DNA from: Eledone cirrhosa
Taxonomy: Eukaryota
Length of the DNA stretch: 64,000 nucleotides
Reading direction: 5' to 3'
Assembly: GCA_964016885.1 (NCBI GenBank)
Contig: OZ024746.1
Span: 95,914,001-95,978,000 of the forward strand
Below, piece after piece: positions 34,925 to 47,256 of the stretch. Numbering within the stretch: the first letter of the stretch is position 1; each line of letters begins with the position of its first letter. The notes below the pieces were generated by a model that saw nothing but the letters and a program-made list of their open reading frames with translations, ran no database searches and had not been told where the DNA came from. The position numbers and the translations under genes were made by a program.

Positions 34925-37824
34925 TTTTTTCCTTTTTTTGTGTTAACGAATGTGGTCTACAAAACAGTCGGAAACATTGAAAAAGGGTCGGAAAGACCAT
35001 CAGAGTTTCGCAGATCTACACCCCTCTCGCGTTTGGTGTGAAATAACTATTTCTCCTGTTTTTTTTTTTTGTTTGTTCGTTTGTTTTGTTTTTTTTCCAT
35101 GTGCTATCAACTAATCTAACCTCCCGAGCCTTCTGCAAAGGTATTTTCTTCCTGGAAAACCTAACCCTAACCACAGATCACCCTAACCTTAACCCTTATC
35201 CTAACACTAACTTCCTTCGTTTTAAAGGTCAGATTAGTTGATGGCATACGAAAAAGAAAAAAAACACGAAGGAAAAAATATTTCCCATTGAAACCGAACG
35301 GTGTTTTTCAATGATAATATCCATTTAATATTTCTCTTTATCTATCTTAGCTACAATTTTTCTAGTTATTATGTTTTCTATTACATTTAATAATGTCTGT
35401 TTTTTTCTTTTATATATTTTAAGTACGATTTTCACCTCTAATTTCGTTCCGTCGTTTGTATTTACGTTTCAGTTTTCGATTTTCCATCTGCAAGTTCTAT
35501 GTGATTTTCAAGGATTCACGTAGAACTATGACAACAAAGAATTAGAGGAGTCTCCAGCACTCTTGTAGTGTGTCACCGATTGACACATTTAGTATTGAGT
35601 TAATATTTTCTTTCGATTTGATTCTATATTTTTTATGTAAAATATTCATGTAATTAATATTATCTGTGTATATATTTTCATTCTGTAAGAATTATGAATA
35701 GAATTGCTGGTATTTTGGGGACCCAGTGTTCGCTAACTCAGTCATGATTGTGTGTGTATGTGAGAGAGAGAGTGTGTGTGTGTGTGTGTTTCGACGATAC
35801 GTTACTGAGAAAACAGAAAAAAACGGTGTTTTACTAACAAAGTCCCTTGAGATATTTGGTCTTCGTCAGAAATACAGTGATTGCTTCATTGGAAACCTGT
35901 AACCAACGACGCTATTGTTCACCAATTGCTTGTATAATAATAAAAAAAAAAGTAAATAAATCCATATAATAAATATAGATTTTCTTTTGTGAAACGATAT
36001 TTCAAGAGAAGAAGCGTACGTATAGATAAGAAGACAACATAAAAGTGATTAAAAGAGGACGACGGGTGGACTGAATACGAAAATGCCACCACTATATTAT
36101 TTTGGTAAGAGTGAAAAAAAAAGTCAAGAACCAGTCCCCCCCCCTCCCGTCCATCAATATCCGCTGCTGTCAGTCATCTCGTCGCATTATGGTGAGTTTT
36201 CATCTGATGTCGCTAACACACCAATATTTCAGTTTGAAATATTTTCTAGAGTTATTTCCCTTTAACATTCGCAGATTGATTTTCTCAATTTTTAAATATA
36301 ACAGCCTATTGCGTGTCTCTATACACGACTTTGTTTGATCCTAACATTCTTAATATTTTTAATGAAATTTTGCAGAGACATAATTTCGAAAGTGTAGATT
36401 ATGGTTATTGTAATGGAATTTTTTTTTAAATTAAATCTTTTTAAAAATTTATTATTTTGTATAATTCGTAATTCAGAGAGGCTTTTCAGTGCTCCTCGCG
36501 ATTTTGTTATCTTTTGCTCTGGCACCGGTTCATTTGTCCACCCCTTTCGCTTGCCTTTTGTTGTATGTTGTATGTGGCCCGCTGCCAGAGTAAAAGATAA
36601 TAGTATCGCGAAGGGCACTGGAAAACCTCTCTAATGATTTTTGAAGCAAGCCAGCATGCTCGCAGCGCTACCTCGGATGATAGCGAGGCTGAGGTGTAAG
36701 AACAGTCAAGTGCCTTCACGAGCATCACCAGTTACCTTCATGAACATCCCCAGTTAGGTGAGCCGCCAGTGAAGATAAGAATCTCTCAGTCAGTAACCCG
36801 ACTGCCCCAAACGTCTCGAACGCCACAGGCTGGAAAATGTAGCCAGTTGAGTGGACTGGAGCAGCGTAAAATAAAGTGTCTTACTAAAGAATACAACATG
36901 TCTCCTGGAATTGAACACACGACATTACGATCGTGAGCTGAAGTCCCTAACCACTAAACCACATGCCTTCAAACTAAGCATGTTTCACTACAGAATACGA
37001 CTTCGCTCTTACTTAGTCTTTGTTTTTGTGAGTATATTATTATTATTTTGTATGTGTGTGTGGTTTATAGATATAACTTGTTATTGTATAAATAACATTA
37101 CAACAGCCCTTGACGTTCGAGACGTTTGGGGTAGTCGGGCTACTGACTACGAGGTTCCTATCTTCACTGACGGCTCGCTTAGCTGAGGTAACTGGTGATG
37201 CTCGTGAGGGCGCTTGGCTGTTCCAGCGCATCAACCTCGCCATCATCCGATGTAATGCTCCCAGCGTGCTGGCTTGCCTCAAAAATTAATAGAGAGGTTT
37301 CCCAATGCTCCTCGCGATACTGATACCTTTTGCTCTGGTAACGGTTCGTGTGTCCACCCCTTTCGCCTCCCTTTTATTGTAGGTGGTCCTAGATGTATGT
37401 GCTACCTGTTTGTGTTTTTTTCTTTCTTTTCTCTTTCATTTTTCTTTACCCTCTTCTTTCTTTTTTTTCTCTTTCTATTTATTTACCATCTTTAGTGGGT
37501 GTGCGGCGCTTACTTAGCACCCCTAAACTTTACACCCTTACACCATCGTCGAAACTTTGAAATGATTTCCACACTTTTGTTCTGAAAAGAAAACTTTATT
37601 CTCTTCTCACATGTACGGAGTAGTTATTTACCGCTTTGGTCTCGCCATCACCCGTAGCAATTCTGCGAGCATGGTGATTTGTCTCAAAATGTTAACCCTT
37701 ATGTTGTAATGGGTGGCCGATTGTGATGTTTGGTGAAGTGATGGCCATTTTCGTTTTTGCTTGCTCCTCCCATTATTTTCTTCTCTCTCTCTCTCTCGTT
37801 TATATATGTGTTTATCAACAACGT

Positions 37825-38010
37825 GGATTGGCAGTATCGGTAGAGGGTCGGACGCCATGCTTTGACGCAGAGAGTTACGGCCCTTGCCATTCTGAGTTCA
37901 AATCCCGCCGAGGTTAACTTTGTCTTTCATCCTTACGTGGTAGATAAAATAAAGTACCAGTAATGCACTGGGATAATTGCTGGCCTTGTGTCAAAAGTAG
38001 AAACAATTAT
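37825..38010 (+). mobile_element. tRNA-derived SINE with Nin/Deu-like core (exemplar; roughly 20 copies in the window)
   Basis: A-box TGGCAGTATCGG, B-box GAGTTCAAATCC, core ctttgcctttcatcc..gataaaataaagtaccag. Copies include 770-980, 1010-1220, 19568-19780, 23445-23635, 32091-32325, 40320-40502, 49405-49600, 57068-57252. Confidence 0.85.
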
Positions 38011-38139
38011 ATTTCTAATGTTCTTCTGAACGAATTGCGAGCAATTTATGTTATTTACGCATTTGTAATGTTATTTATGTATATATTTAAAACATGTGTA
38101 ATGTTCTTTATACAACTGTGAATAATAAATATGTTATGC

Positions 38140-38173
<34 letters not shown>

Positions 38174-38175
38174 GT

Positions 38176-38360
38176 ATCAGATTTAATATAGAAATGGCTA
38201 CTACAGGATTAGAACTGTTCGAAAGAAATCATCAGGACTTTCCTGATGATTTCTTTCGAATGAAGCAGTTCTAGTCCTGTAGAAGCTATTTCTATATTAA
38301 ATTTGATGTTTACACTCTACTAATGTATTGAGTACCTTACTTACTGTGGTTACCCCCGAT
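38176..38360 (+). mobile_element. Penelope-like LTR remnant with inverted duplication and degenerate hammerhead
   Basis: Inverted repeat 38176-38307. CTGATGA-TTC/GAA-GAAGC...CTGTA at 38243-38281. Tail ctctact..gtattgagtac is shared with the remnants at 4840 and 28098. Confidence 0.6.
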
Positions 38361-38636
38361 TTTTAAGGGGAAACCTTAAAATATTTTCCGTTTTGCCTTG
38401 TTTCCGTTCGTTGTCTTGTCCTCTCTGTTAATTTTCTTAATTTTATCAATACTAATGTGGCGAACGCGTTATCTCTTCTCCTCCAACATATTTTTTCCAC
38501 ATAGGAAAACGGAGTGTATATATTTCTATTTTTCTCCGGATTACTTTTGGAACTACAACTGGAACCGTCGAGCAAACTCTACGTGAGCTGATAATCTACT
38601 GTGTGTAATATTTATATTACAATACAACGGAAAATA

Positions 38637-38708
<72 letters not shown>

Positions 38709-38989
38709 CGGAGGAAGTGTGGTAAGGAACCAGGTGGACCATAAAGCACCAGAGTATTCAATACTTTGGGTAGTAGAGTGGGTAATAGGAAAGTGTTCAA
38801 GACCCCGACGGCAGAGCTCAAGCCGTTTCGACGGCTATTTCTGGACTAAATTAAATTTTTAGCGTGGTAGTAAATAGCCGAACTTGAAAGATTTAATTGT
38901 GTTTACAAGAAATGTTGACCAATCCTTTAACAACTACAATCTTTAGAAATGCATCATTATCGCACGCCCTTATAAAGGAATTACCCCTT

Positions 38990-39290
38990 GAAAAGTTCTC
39001 CAGGGTCGGGAGGCCCAAAACCTGAAGACGTCCATTGTAGGGCAGTGGACAAAGCCTCTGGACGCGGCAGGTTGCTCTTCGCTGCACATTGTCTCTCTTT
39101 AACGTGGGTGCCCATATAACGGAGGCATACTCAAGGTGTGGACGCATCAGGCTTTTGTACAGGAGTGTGAAGGACTGTTTGTCCAGTGTAAAGGTGTGCT
39201 TCAGAGCACCCAGAGTTCTATTTACCTTGTTGACTTGTGCTTGTATGTGACTGCTGAATGTTAGATCATGGTCGATGATATCTCCCAAAT
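38990..39290 (-). mobile_element. CR1/L2-group LINE fragment
   Basis: GDIIDHDLTFSSHI...NKVNRTLG...LYKSLMRPHLEYASVIWAP...VQRRAT. Confidence 0.85.
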
Positions 39291-39419
39291 TTCCTCAAGG
39301 AAACCACCAACGCCATCAGAAGAGAGGGCCTCAAACTAGTTCACTCTGAACCTTCCCTGCGAAGATACCTCTCCACAAGTCACCCCCCCCCCCCCCACAC
39401 ACACACACGAGTATAACGG

Positions 39420-39750
39420 ATGCACCCTAACCAATGGCCCTATTCACAACACTAATTGTTGCCTACGTACCAACGTATTATACAGGCTAGAGCAATTTAT
39501 TCTACATAGGCAGCACTATTCGACTGTTACATCTCCGTATTAAAGAGCATGTTAACACCAACTCCTCTTCCTTCTGCAAACATATCATCATATGCGGAAA
39601 CCGGGACAACCTTACCACCACGATCTTAGCTACTGAACGCAGTATAGGCACGCTGAGAATTAAGGAAGCCCTCTTAACCAAGCAATTAAAATCTAGGATC
39701 AATAATCGAATGGAAAGAAGTGTACCAGAATGGCTAATTAAAAAGTCTGT
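39420..39750 (+). mobile_element. Penelope-like element GIY-YIG endonuclease fragment
   Basis: NVLYRL...FYIGSTIRLLHLRIKEH...LRIKEALL.KQLK.RINNR (frameshifted). Confidence 0.8.
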
Positions 39751-40504
39751 ATTCCAACATCGCAGTAGCCAGTTTCATTCTTTCTTTCAAATTAAATCTA
39801 TGTCCTCACTAGGCAAACACACTTAGACTCACCCACACACATACATATATCACACACATACACTCATACATACATCCCACTAAGCTCACTTAAATTCACG
39901 CACACACATGCATATATCATACACTTTTCCTCAGACATTTTACAACGCGCATGTTCGAAATTTTAATGTCTTTTCATTTCATTTAACTTAAATCTGCTTT
40001 CATTTTAATTCATCTACCTCAATTTTATCAAACCATGAATTCACTTTGAAAGTATATACCGGCTCTATTGCATTTTGTTATTGGCAGTAATAATGAAAAT
40101 AAAGGACGTGTTTCAAGGGAGTTAACTTTAGTTATTGAAGAGTTATATTTCTTAGAATTGATTACCGCCGTATTGGATGCTTTTAAAAGATCCAAGTAAA
40201 AACACTTCCAACTATTCCCTTGGTACACAGAGTTTATCTTTATTCATTTCAGAGGTTTTGTCACCTCATCTTCTGCTTTTTTGCAAGCAAAACTATCCAA
40301 TTAAAGGGTAAAGTAATAATAATTGTTTCTTCATTTGGCACAAGGCTAGCAATACATTACTGGTACTTTATTTTATCGACCCCGTAAGGATGAAAGGCAA
40401 AGTTAACCTCGGCGGGATTTAAACTCAGATCGTAAAGGGACGTAACTATGCTGGAAAGCATCGCGTCCGACTCTCTACCTATACTGGCAATCCACCGCCC
40501 TAAA

Positions 40505-42185
40505 GTAAATAATAATGATCTCTTTATTGGCCACAAGGGCTCACATTAAGAAAATATTAAGGGCAGTACAGTTTTGATAGGTAAAAGGTTCTTAACAAAA
40601 ACAATAAAAACAATATAATTTCTCCAATAGGGGGCCTTCCAAGGCTCACACATGGAGAAAGCCGACAAAAAGCCACTGTCACCATGACTACTAGAGAAAG
40701 TGCTCTCCTCCAATCTACAGGTGCACACTCAGAGCAGACCCATCCACTCAAACTATGCTCACCACACTCAGAACAGACTCATTCACTCAAACTATGCTCA
40801 CCACACTCAGAGCAAACCCATCCACTCAGACCATGCTCACCACACTCAGAGCAGACCCATTCACTCAAACTTTGCTCACCACACTCAGAGCAGACCCATT
40901 CACTCAGACCACACTCAGAGCAGACCCATTCACTCAAACTATGCTCACCACACTCAGAGCAGACCCATTCACTCAAACTATGCTCACCACACTCAGAGCA
41001 GACCCATTCACTCAAACTATGCTCACCACACTCAGAGCAGACCCATTCAATCAAACTATGCTCACCACACTCAGAGCAGACCCATCCACTCAAACTATGC
41101 TCACCACACTCAGAGCAGACCCATCCACTCAGATCATGCTCACCACACTCACCCACCTTACAACAAACTGGCTGGAAGGCAGCACTTCCATATCCACACT
41201 GATTTTCTTCAAGAGAAACCTGAAAAAGTTAACCAGGGCTTTGACGAAGAGGAAAATAATTGTCTTCAACTTTTTTAGACGGCTCCACCACGCGACCTCT
41301 TTTGCCATGGCCACCAGGCAGATAAAAACTGCTTGCCCTTCTCAGCTAAAGAAAAGCAGCAGGGAAATCTTCACAATGAACTCAGTCGATAGCTGGATTT
41401 GTCCTCCACATGATAGCAGGTGTTCAACATAAACCCACAAGTCAGCAATGCTCAGGCACTTGACGAGTGCATGCAAGACAGTTTCGTCACCCTGCACACA
41501 TCTCAGACAGGCCCAGCTGACAGCATTTCCATGTCTGTAGAGTTTATCTCAAATGGCAAAGTCTCCCAGAGCACTGCCAGACCAAGGATTTCTGGAAGTT
41601 ATCCATTGGCCCTGGACCGAAAGTTCTCTGGAAAAGATTGGCTAATTGATTATCATCAATGCTCAGAGCCCCTCCAAGAACATTGTCGCTTTTACCCACA
41701 ACTAACCCTCTATAGAACACCAAGATGGAGTCTCCACTGATTGCACTGCTGAGGGCTGTGAGAGCTTGAAGATATTCCAGTCTATAAGTGCTCATTCTTG
41801 GTCTTCGTTTGACTCAGGACTGCAGCTCCATCAAGGAGATGAGTTGGGGAAAAAAACGTATCTAGCAAAAGGCGACCATACCAGTTCACTGTTAAGGAAG
41901 AGTTGGAGATGTAGCCTCAGCACATGTTTGTGCATCATCAGCCACGGCATGTCCAGTCCTCCATGCAGTGGCTGTTGACAGCAAATGAACTAGCAGACAA
42001 TGGAACCTGCCCCTTCCACAAAAGGCAAAAGAGTAACTGCTCCTGTGCAGGCAAACATGAGCCAGGACAGGGCACAGTGGTCAAGTGGTAGTAGATGAGG
42101 AACGTGATGTACATGGTTGCCTTCTCTGCCCAACTTTTCAGGGATAGCTTCCCCTCAGCCCACTTCTCAGTGACAGAGACAAACC
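40505..42185 (-). mobile_element. Tx1/L1-clade LINE 3' portion with internal minisatellite
   Basis: CLRCVQGDETVLHALVKC CCHC knuckle at about 41460-41510, 3' UTR with AATAAA and (ATT)n. Related end at 43750-43970. Confidence 0.7.
40724..41150. repeat. 39-bp minisatellite, about 11 copies
   Basis: Unit CACACTCAGAGCAGACCCATTCACTCAAACTATGCTCAC. Confidence 0.95.
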
Positions 42186-42599
42186 TCAATGAACAACAAA
42201 AATAAAAACTAAAAATTAAAATCAGTAAAAGGTAAGAGCTGCAATGACATCTACCCCCACCCCACCACCACCACAGAAACATTTGATAAAAGTAACAATT
42301 TCAAACATCTCCTTCAACCCCAGCAGCACCACCACCACTACCAACACTACTGCTTAAGTGGTAGCTGGAATAATAATAATAATGGTCTCTTTATTGACCA
42401 CTAGGGGGCCAGGCACTCCCTCTAAAAGAATTGCTTTACCCAGAGAGCCAGGCAATTTTAGGTGGATTTCTAAACCTACAACAATGTTTTATGGGAAAAA
42501 GAAAAGGCAGATGTGGACCGTCTTTACCTGCCCAGAACCCAAGGAGGCAGAGGCGTGAACCAGTTTGAACTACAATTGGATTGGCCAAATATTTTGAAA

Positions 42600-43186
42600 C
42601 AACAAACAACTGGATGCTGAAACTTGTTGAAAAACATGAGAGGAGTAAGAAGTTTCATTCTATCCTGAAAGAGAGCAAAACATTTGCTACTGATCTCATG
42701 ACTAATATCCAGGCTGGATAGACCAAGGAAACTGTAGCAACTGTTGTTGCAAAGGAAGTAAAACTATTGACTAAGAAAAAAGGGTATGGACAGTTGAGGT
42801 GGCAGCAGAAATCTCTATATGGTAAATATGTGGCCTGTAGCAAACAAGCTGATGTTGACCAGAAGCACACCTATTAGTGGCTATGTAACTCAGGAGTGAA
42901 GGTTCCATCTTAGCTGCCCAAGATAAAACCTTATTAACTTGGAACTATCAAGCCATTGTGATGAAAAATGGAGTAGAACCAATTCTGCAATGAGATTAAA
43001 ACAGTGGACCCCTTAATCTCAGGATGTAAAGCTTTAGCCCCAGCAGAGTATAAATTAAAGCATGACAGAGTTGGCCAATATCTACACTGGTTAATATGTT
43101 GGCATTATAAAATTAAAACTGCTGACAAGGGGTATAAGAATCGTCCTGAGGCTGTAACAGAGGGAGAAAATATGATTCTTTGTAGA
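42600..43186 (+). mobile_element. R4-clade (REL) non-LTR fragment
   Basis: WQQKSLYG...ILAAQD...TVDPLISGCKALAPAEYKLKHDRVGQYLHW.IC..Y. Confidence 0.78.
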
Positions 43187-44845
43187 TGAAGCCTCCAAAA
43201 TAAGGGGACACGACAAAAAGCACCCAGCCCACATTGTAAAGTGGGCGTGTAGGTGTCACGACAAAAAGCGCCCAGCCCACATTGTAAAATGGTTGTGTAG
43301 GTGATACGACAAAAGGCACCCAGTCCACACTGTAAATGTGGTTGGTGTTAGGAAAGGCATCCAGTTATAGAAACCAAGCCAGAGACAGTTCTGTATGAAC
43401 AAGACATGATCATCTGACCTGGTTTGTCTCAACCAGGCAACTCATCTAACCCATGCTGGCCTGGAACAATGGTCATTAAATGGTGATGATGATGATGATG
43501 AACTCACTGCCAACACATGTAGCTTAATAATATTTTTTTTATTTACCACAGGAGTATCAGATGATTACAAAGACAAGTTACAACATGAAAGTGAAGGTTT
43601 ACATAGAAACCAATATAAAAAAATGGATGATGTAAAAAGATATACACAGTATACAAATAGATAAGGTGTTCAGTCTTCCTGATACAGGAGCACCTTTACC
43701 TGACCATTAAGGGCAAATACCCTCTCCCAACTGTCATTGTCCAACCTACAGGCATATACTGAGAGTAAGCTCATTCACTCTTGCCATTTTCACTGCTGTC
43801 AACTACCTGTTGACAAATTTACTGGAAGAGAGCACCTTCCTCTCCGCCCTCATCTTCCTTTCCAGGTGAAATTTGAAAAAGTCAGTTAGAGCTTGCCCGA
43901 AGAGGAAAGTGTCTGTTTTCAGTCCTTACCCCACTACATGATCTCTTTCACCATAGCCAGCAGTTGAATACACCTTGTAATAGTCAAAAATGGGTGCGAA
44001 TGCACATGTTCCCAAAATTCTGGTCCCACTGATGGCTACCCCATTTATGTCGAGTGACCTGAAATCATTGAGCAAGTAACCTTACTATCAAGATGACCCC
44101 AGGCTAAGCACATTTATACTTCCTACTCTAATTGCAGCCTTACTGGTTGGAGGAATGAAAAAGGGAGAAGTTCCTTGACTTGATCCTCAAAAAGGTCGAG
44201 AGAGCCAGTGTTCTCATTGTTGAGATGGGGTTGTTAAGAGATATCTAAGCTTTTTTCTTTGGCTTTAGTAGTAAAAGTCCAATATCTGCAGGAAACTGGG
44301 ACTTGTGTGTGTGTGAAAGACCGGATTTAATGGGGGGCAAAGAGAGAAATTGCCCCAGACCCCCTGCAGTAGGGGGACCCCACCAGTGACAGCTGGAGCA
44401 ATTTATTTGCCCCCTCAACAGGATAATTAGAATTTTTGAATTTAACACCTGTATGTATAACTTTTCAATTCCAATTATTTACTCCAAGCTGATTTTGATA
44501 TGTAAAATTAGGGGATTTGCTGTGAATGAGCCCCACCCCAATGCTAGCCATTTTGAAAATTGTAGAAATGTAAGACAATTACAATCTAGTAATATAATAG
44601 TCTTGTGTATTTGTCTGTCACACACTAGAGATGACTGAGGAAGGAAGGGGTAATTATGTCGACTGAGGAAAGAAGGGGTGATGACGTCGAATGAGGAAGG
44701 AAGGGGTGTGTTTGTATCACTTGTATAAGTGAACGTGAAGGAACCAACCAACAAACAAACATCTCTTTTTTATATTATGTATAGATATTACATATTTGAC
44801 AGCACGAAGCCAGCTAGTAATTATAATAATAATTATACAAAAATA

Positions 44846-44851
44846 TTTATT
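44846..44851 (-). terminator. Candidate polyadenylation signal (AATAAA) of GPATCH3
   Basis: AATAAA about 30 nt after the stop. The context is AT-rich, so the evidence is weak. Confidence 0.35.
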
Positions 44852-44882
44852 TGAGTCTGAAGATAATAAGTCCCTAAATATT

Positions 44883-45054
44883 CTAAGGTTTCCTTCTTTT
44901 AAGTTGATAAGGTTCATTTCTTCTCAGCAAGGACTCTTCAGGATCTGTGATAGATGGATTATCATATACTGTTGAAATAAATGGAATGTTACAGTCAAAA
45001 TCCTTCCATTTCTTTGAATACCACTGTTTTTTAGATATTTGGGATTTATGGAAC
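44883..45054 (-). CDS. GPATCH3: GPATCH3 exon 5 (terminal)
   Basis: tttcag acceptor, phase 2. FHKSQ...ISTVYDNP..DPEESLLRR...KRRKP*. Total CDS 1866 nt. Confidence 0.9.
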
Positions 45055-46232
45055 CTGAAAAGAGAATAAAAATAAAATTGTATTAAAGTAACAGCATATG
45101 CAAAGAGCTTCCAGTAAGAATTCATGAATATTCTACCATATTGATTTTTAACTTTAACACTTTAGCATTTAAACCAGCCCCTATTCAGCCAGAATTCTCT
45201 CACCTCTTTCTGTTCAAACTGGCCATAACCAGCCCCTCATACTGATGTTAAGATATTGTTCTCAAAATAAATATCAAAATCTCATAGACTCGATATTATG
45301 TGAGATAAAGCCTTTACCGTGAAAATACAATTGTAAATATGGTATGGTATGGACCTGTAACCCCTGAGGAGTCATAGGGGCACTATATTGACATACAGTG
45401 TTTCTAGGACATTTTTAAAACCTGGAAGAGCCATCCCTCTCCAGGCATGAATACAGCAGATTTCTTTGAGAGAAAGGAAGTGAAAAAGAGATATAGAGGA
45501 AGAATCGACCTAGTACTTGACTGGTACTTTTTTCATCCCCCATGAAAGGATGAAAGGCAAAGTTGACCTCGGCAAGATTTGAACTCAAAGAGCAGAGAGC
45601 CAAAATGAACACTACAAAGCATCCTATCCGATGTTCTAATGACTCTTCCAATTCGCCACCTTTTAATAGTAAATATAAAGTAATGTAAATGGTAAAGGGT
45701 TAAATTAACCTTGTGATTAAGTAGAAGACAATTAATCAAATTTAATCATTAATTAATTTTAGTTCCACTTATTGCCTCTTAAAGAAAATCATATTGTAGC
45801 TTTTGATGTCCTGCTATATATAAGACCTACCTGTGTAGTATAAACAGTAGCATCATAACTACAGGTAAGCACAGGTAAACATACTATATATAAGACCTAC
45901 CTGTATGTAATAGGCTTACCTAAAGTTTCTGAACATTATTTTAGAACCCACCAAAATGAAAACATACTTCTTAGAATCAGTAAAAGAGTCAAGTTACTTA
46001 ACCCTTCAGCATTTAAACCGGCTGTATCCAGCCAGAATTCTCTCATCTCTTTCTGTTCAAACCGACCATAACTGGCCCCTCATAACAACATTAAGGTATT
46101 GTTCTCAAAATAAATAATATCAAAATCTCATAACTTCGATATTATGTGAGATAATCATGTGAGGTAAAGCCTTTACTGTAAAAATACAATAGTAAATATA
46201 GAGTAATGTAAATACTAAACGGTTAAACATAC

Positions 46233-46542
46233 CCAATACCAGACTTGTTAAAAGGACTTTTCCCATCATTTCCCAGAGCTTCTGCAATTCCTGAAGAATC
46301 TGTTCCAAGTCCTTCACCTTCTTTCCAACCAAGCTGCTTCATTATTTTACGTCCAAAACCTTTTGTATATTTTTCAAATTTGCCAATTTTCAAATTGGTG
46401 CCATCTTTATTACCTTTGCCTTCAGAAAGTCTAATTTTATGTCTCATAGCTATGAAGTCTCGGGCATCCATGTCTTCAGATCCTCGTTCATAATACCCAC
46501 GCATATCAACATCCCAGTCATCAGCAGTTTGTTCATCAAAAT
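46233..46542 (-). CDS. GPATCH3: GPATCH3 exon 4 (G-patch)
   Basis: DFDEQTADDWDVDM...FEKYTKGFGRKIMKQLGWKEGEGLG...GIAEAL...GIG. Splice sites ttctag/gtatgt. Confidence 0.95.
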
Positions 46543-47256
46543 CTAGAATCAAATTAGATAAAGGATTTTAAATATTTTCAAAATTATGACAGCATTCAAT
46601 AATCAGAAGAAGGGAGCTAGGCGAAAAACTGAGGGGCTCGCCCTCCCAAGAAAGCATGAGTAGCTCACTCTACATGTAAATGGAGGTCCACTGAAGCAGG
46701 TAGAGAAGTTAAAGTACCTCAGGGCCGTGTTCACGAGTAATGGAAGGCAGCAATAATTGCAGGAGCTGGTGCAGTAACTGCATTCAGTAAGAAGAAGGGA
46801 GATAGGCGAAAAGCCAAACTCGCAATCTTCAATTTGGTATTTGTGCCAACCCTTACCTATGGTCATGAATCTTGGGTAATGACTGAAATACGATTGTGAA
46901 TACAAGTGGTTGAAATGGGGTTCTTCCGAAGGCTCTTTGGAGTAACGTTTCCCGATAGAGTGTGTAGCTCAGAGATCAGAGTCACTCCAGGTAGAGCCGA
47001 TACTTCTCTGAATTGAGAGATCACAGCTCCAATACTATGGACATGTGGTTAGAATGTCTCAGGAAAGAATCGCTGGACAGATTTTACGGGCAAAACCAAC
47101 CGACGGGAGACCCAGAGCAAGATGGTTGGATAACATTCATGAGCTTGGCTGATCTTGCTTGGGGATCCAGGTAGTAAACCTCTCAGCCTTAACAAAGACA
47201 AAAATGGCTTAAAAACATAAAATTAAAATACACATAAAAAACAATGCTTCCCTTAC

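Noticed and set aside
37825-37910. tRNA genes
   Set aside because: The A/B boxes belong to SINE heads that continue into SINE bodies, and no complete cloverleaf is present.
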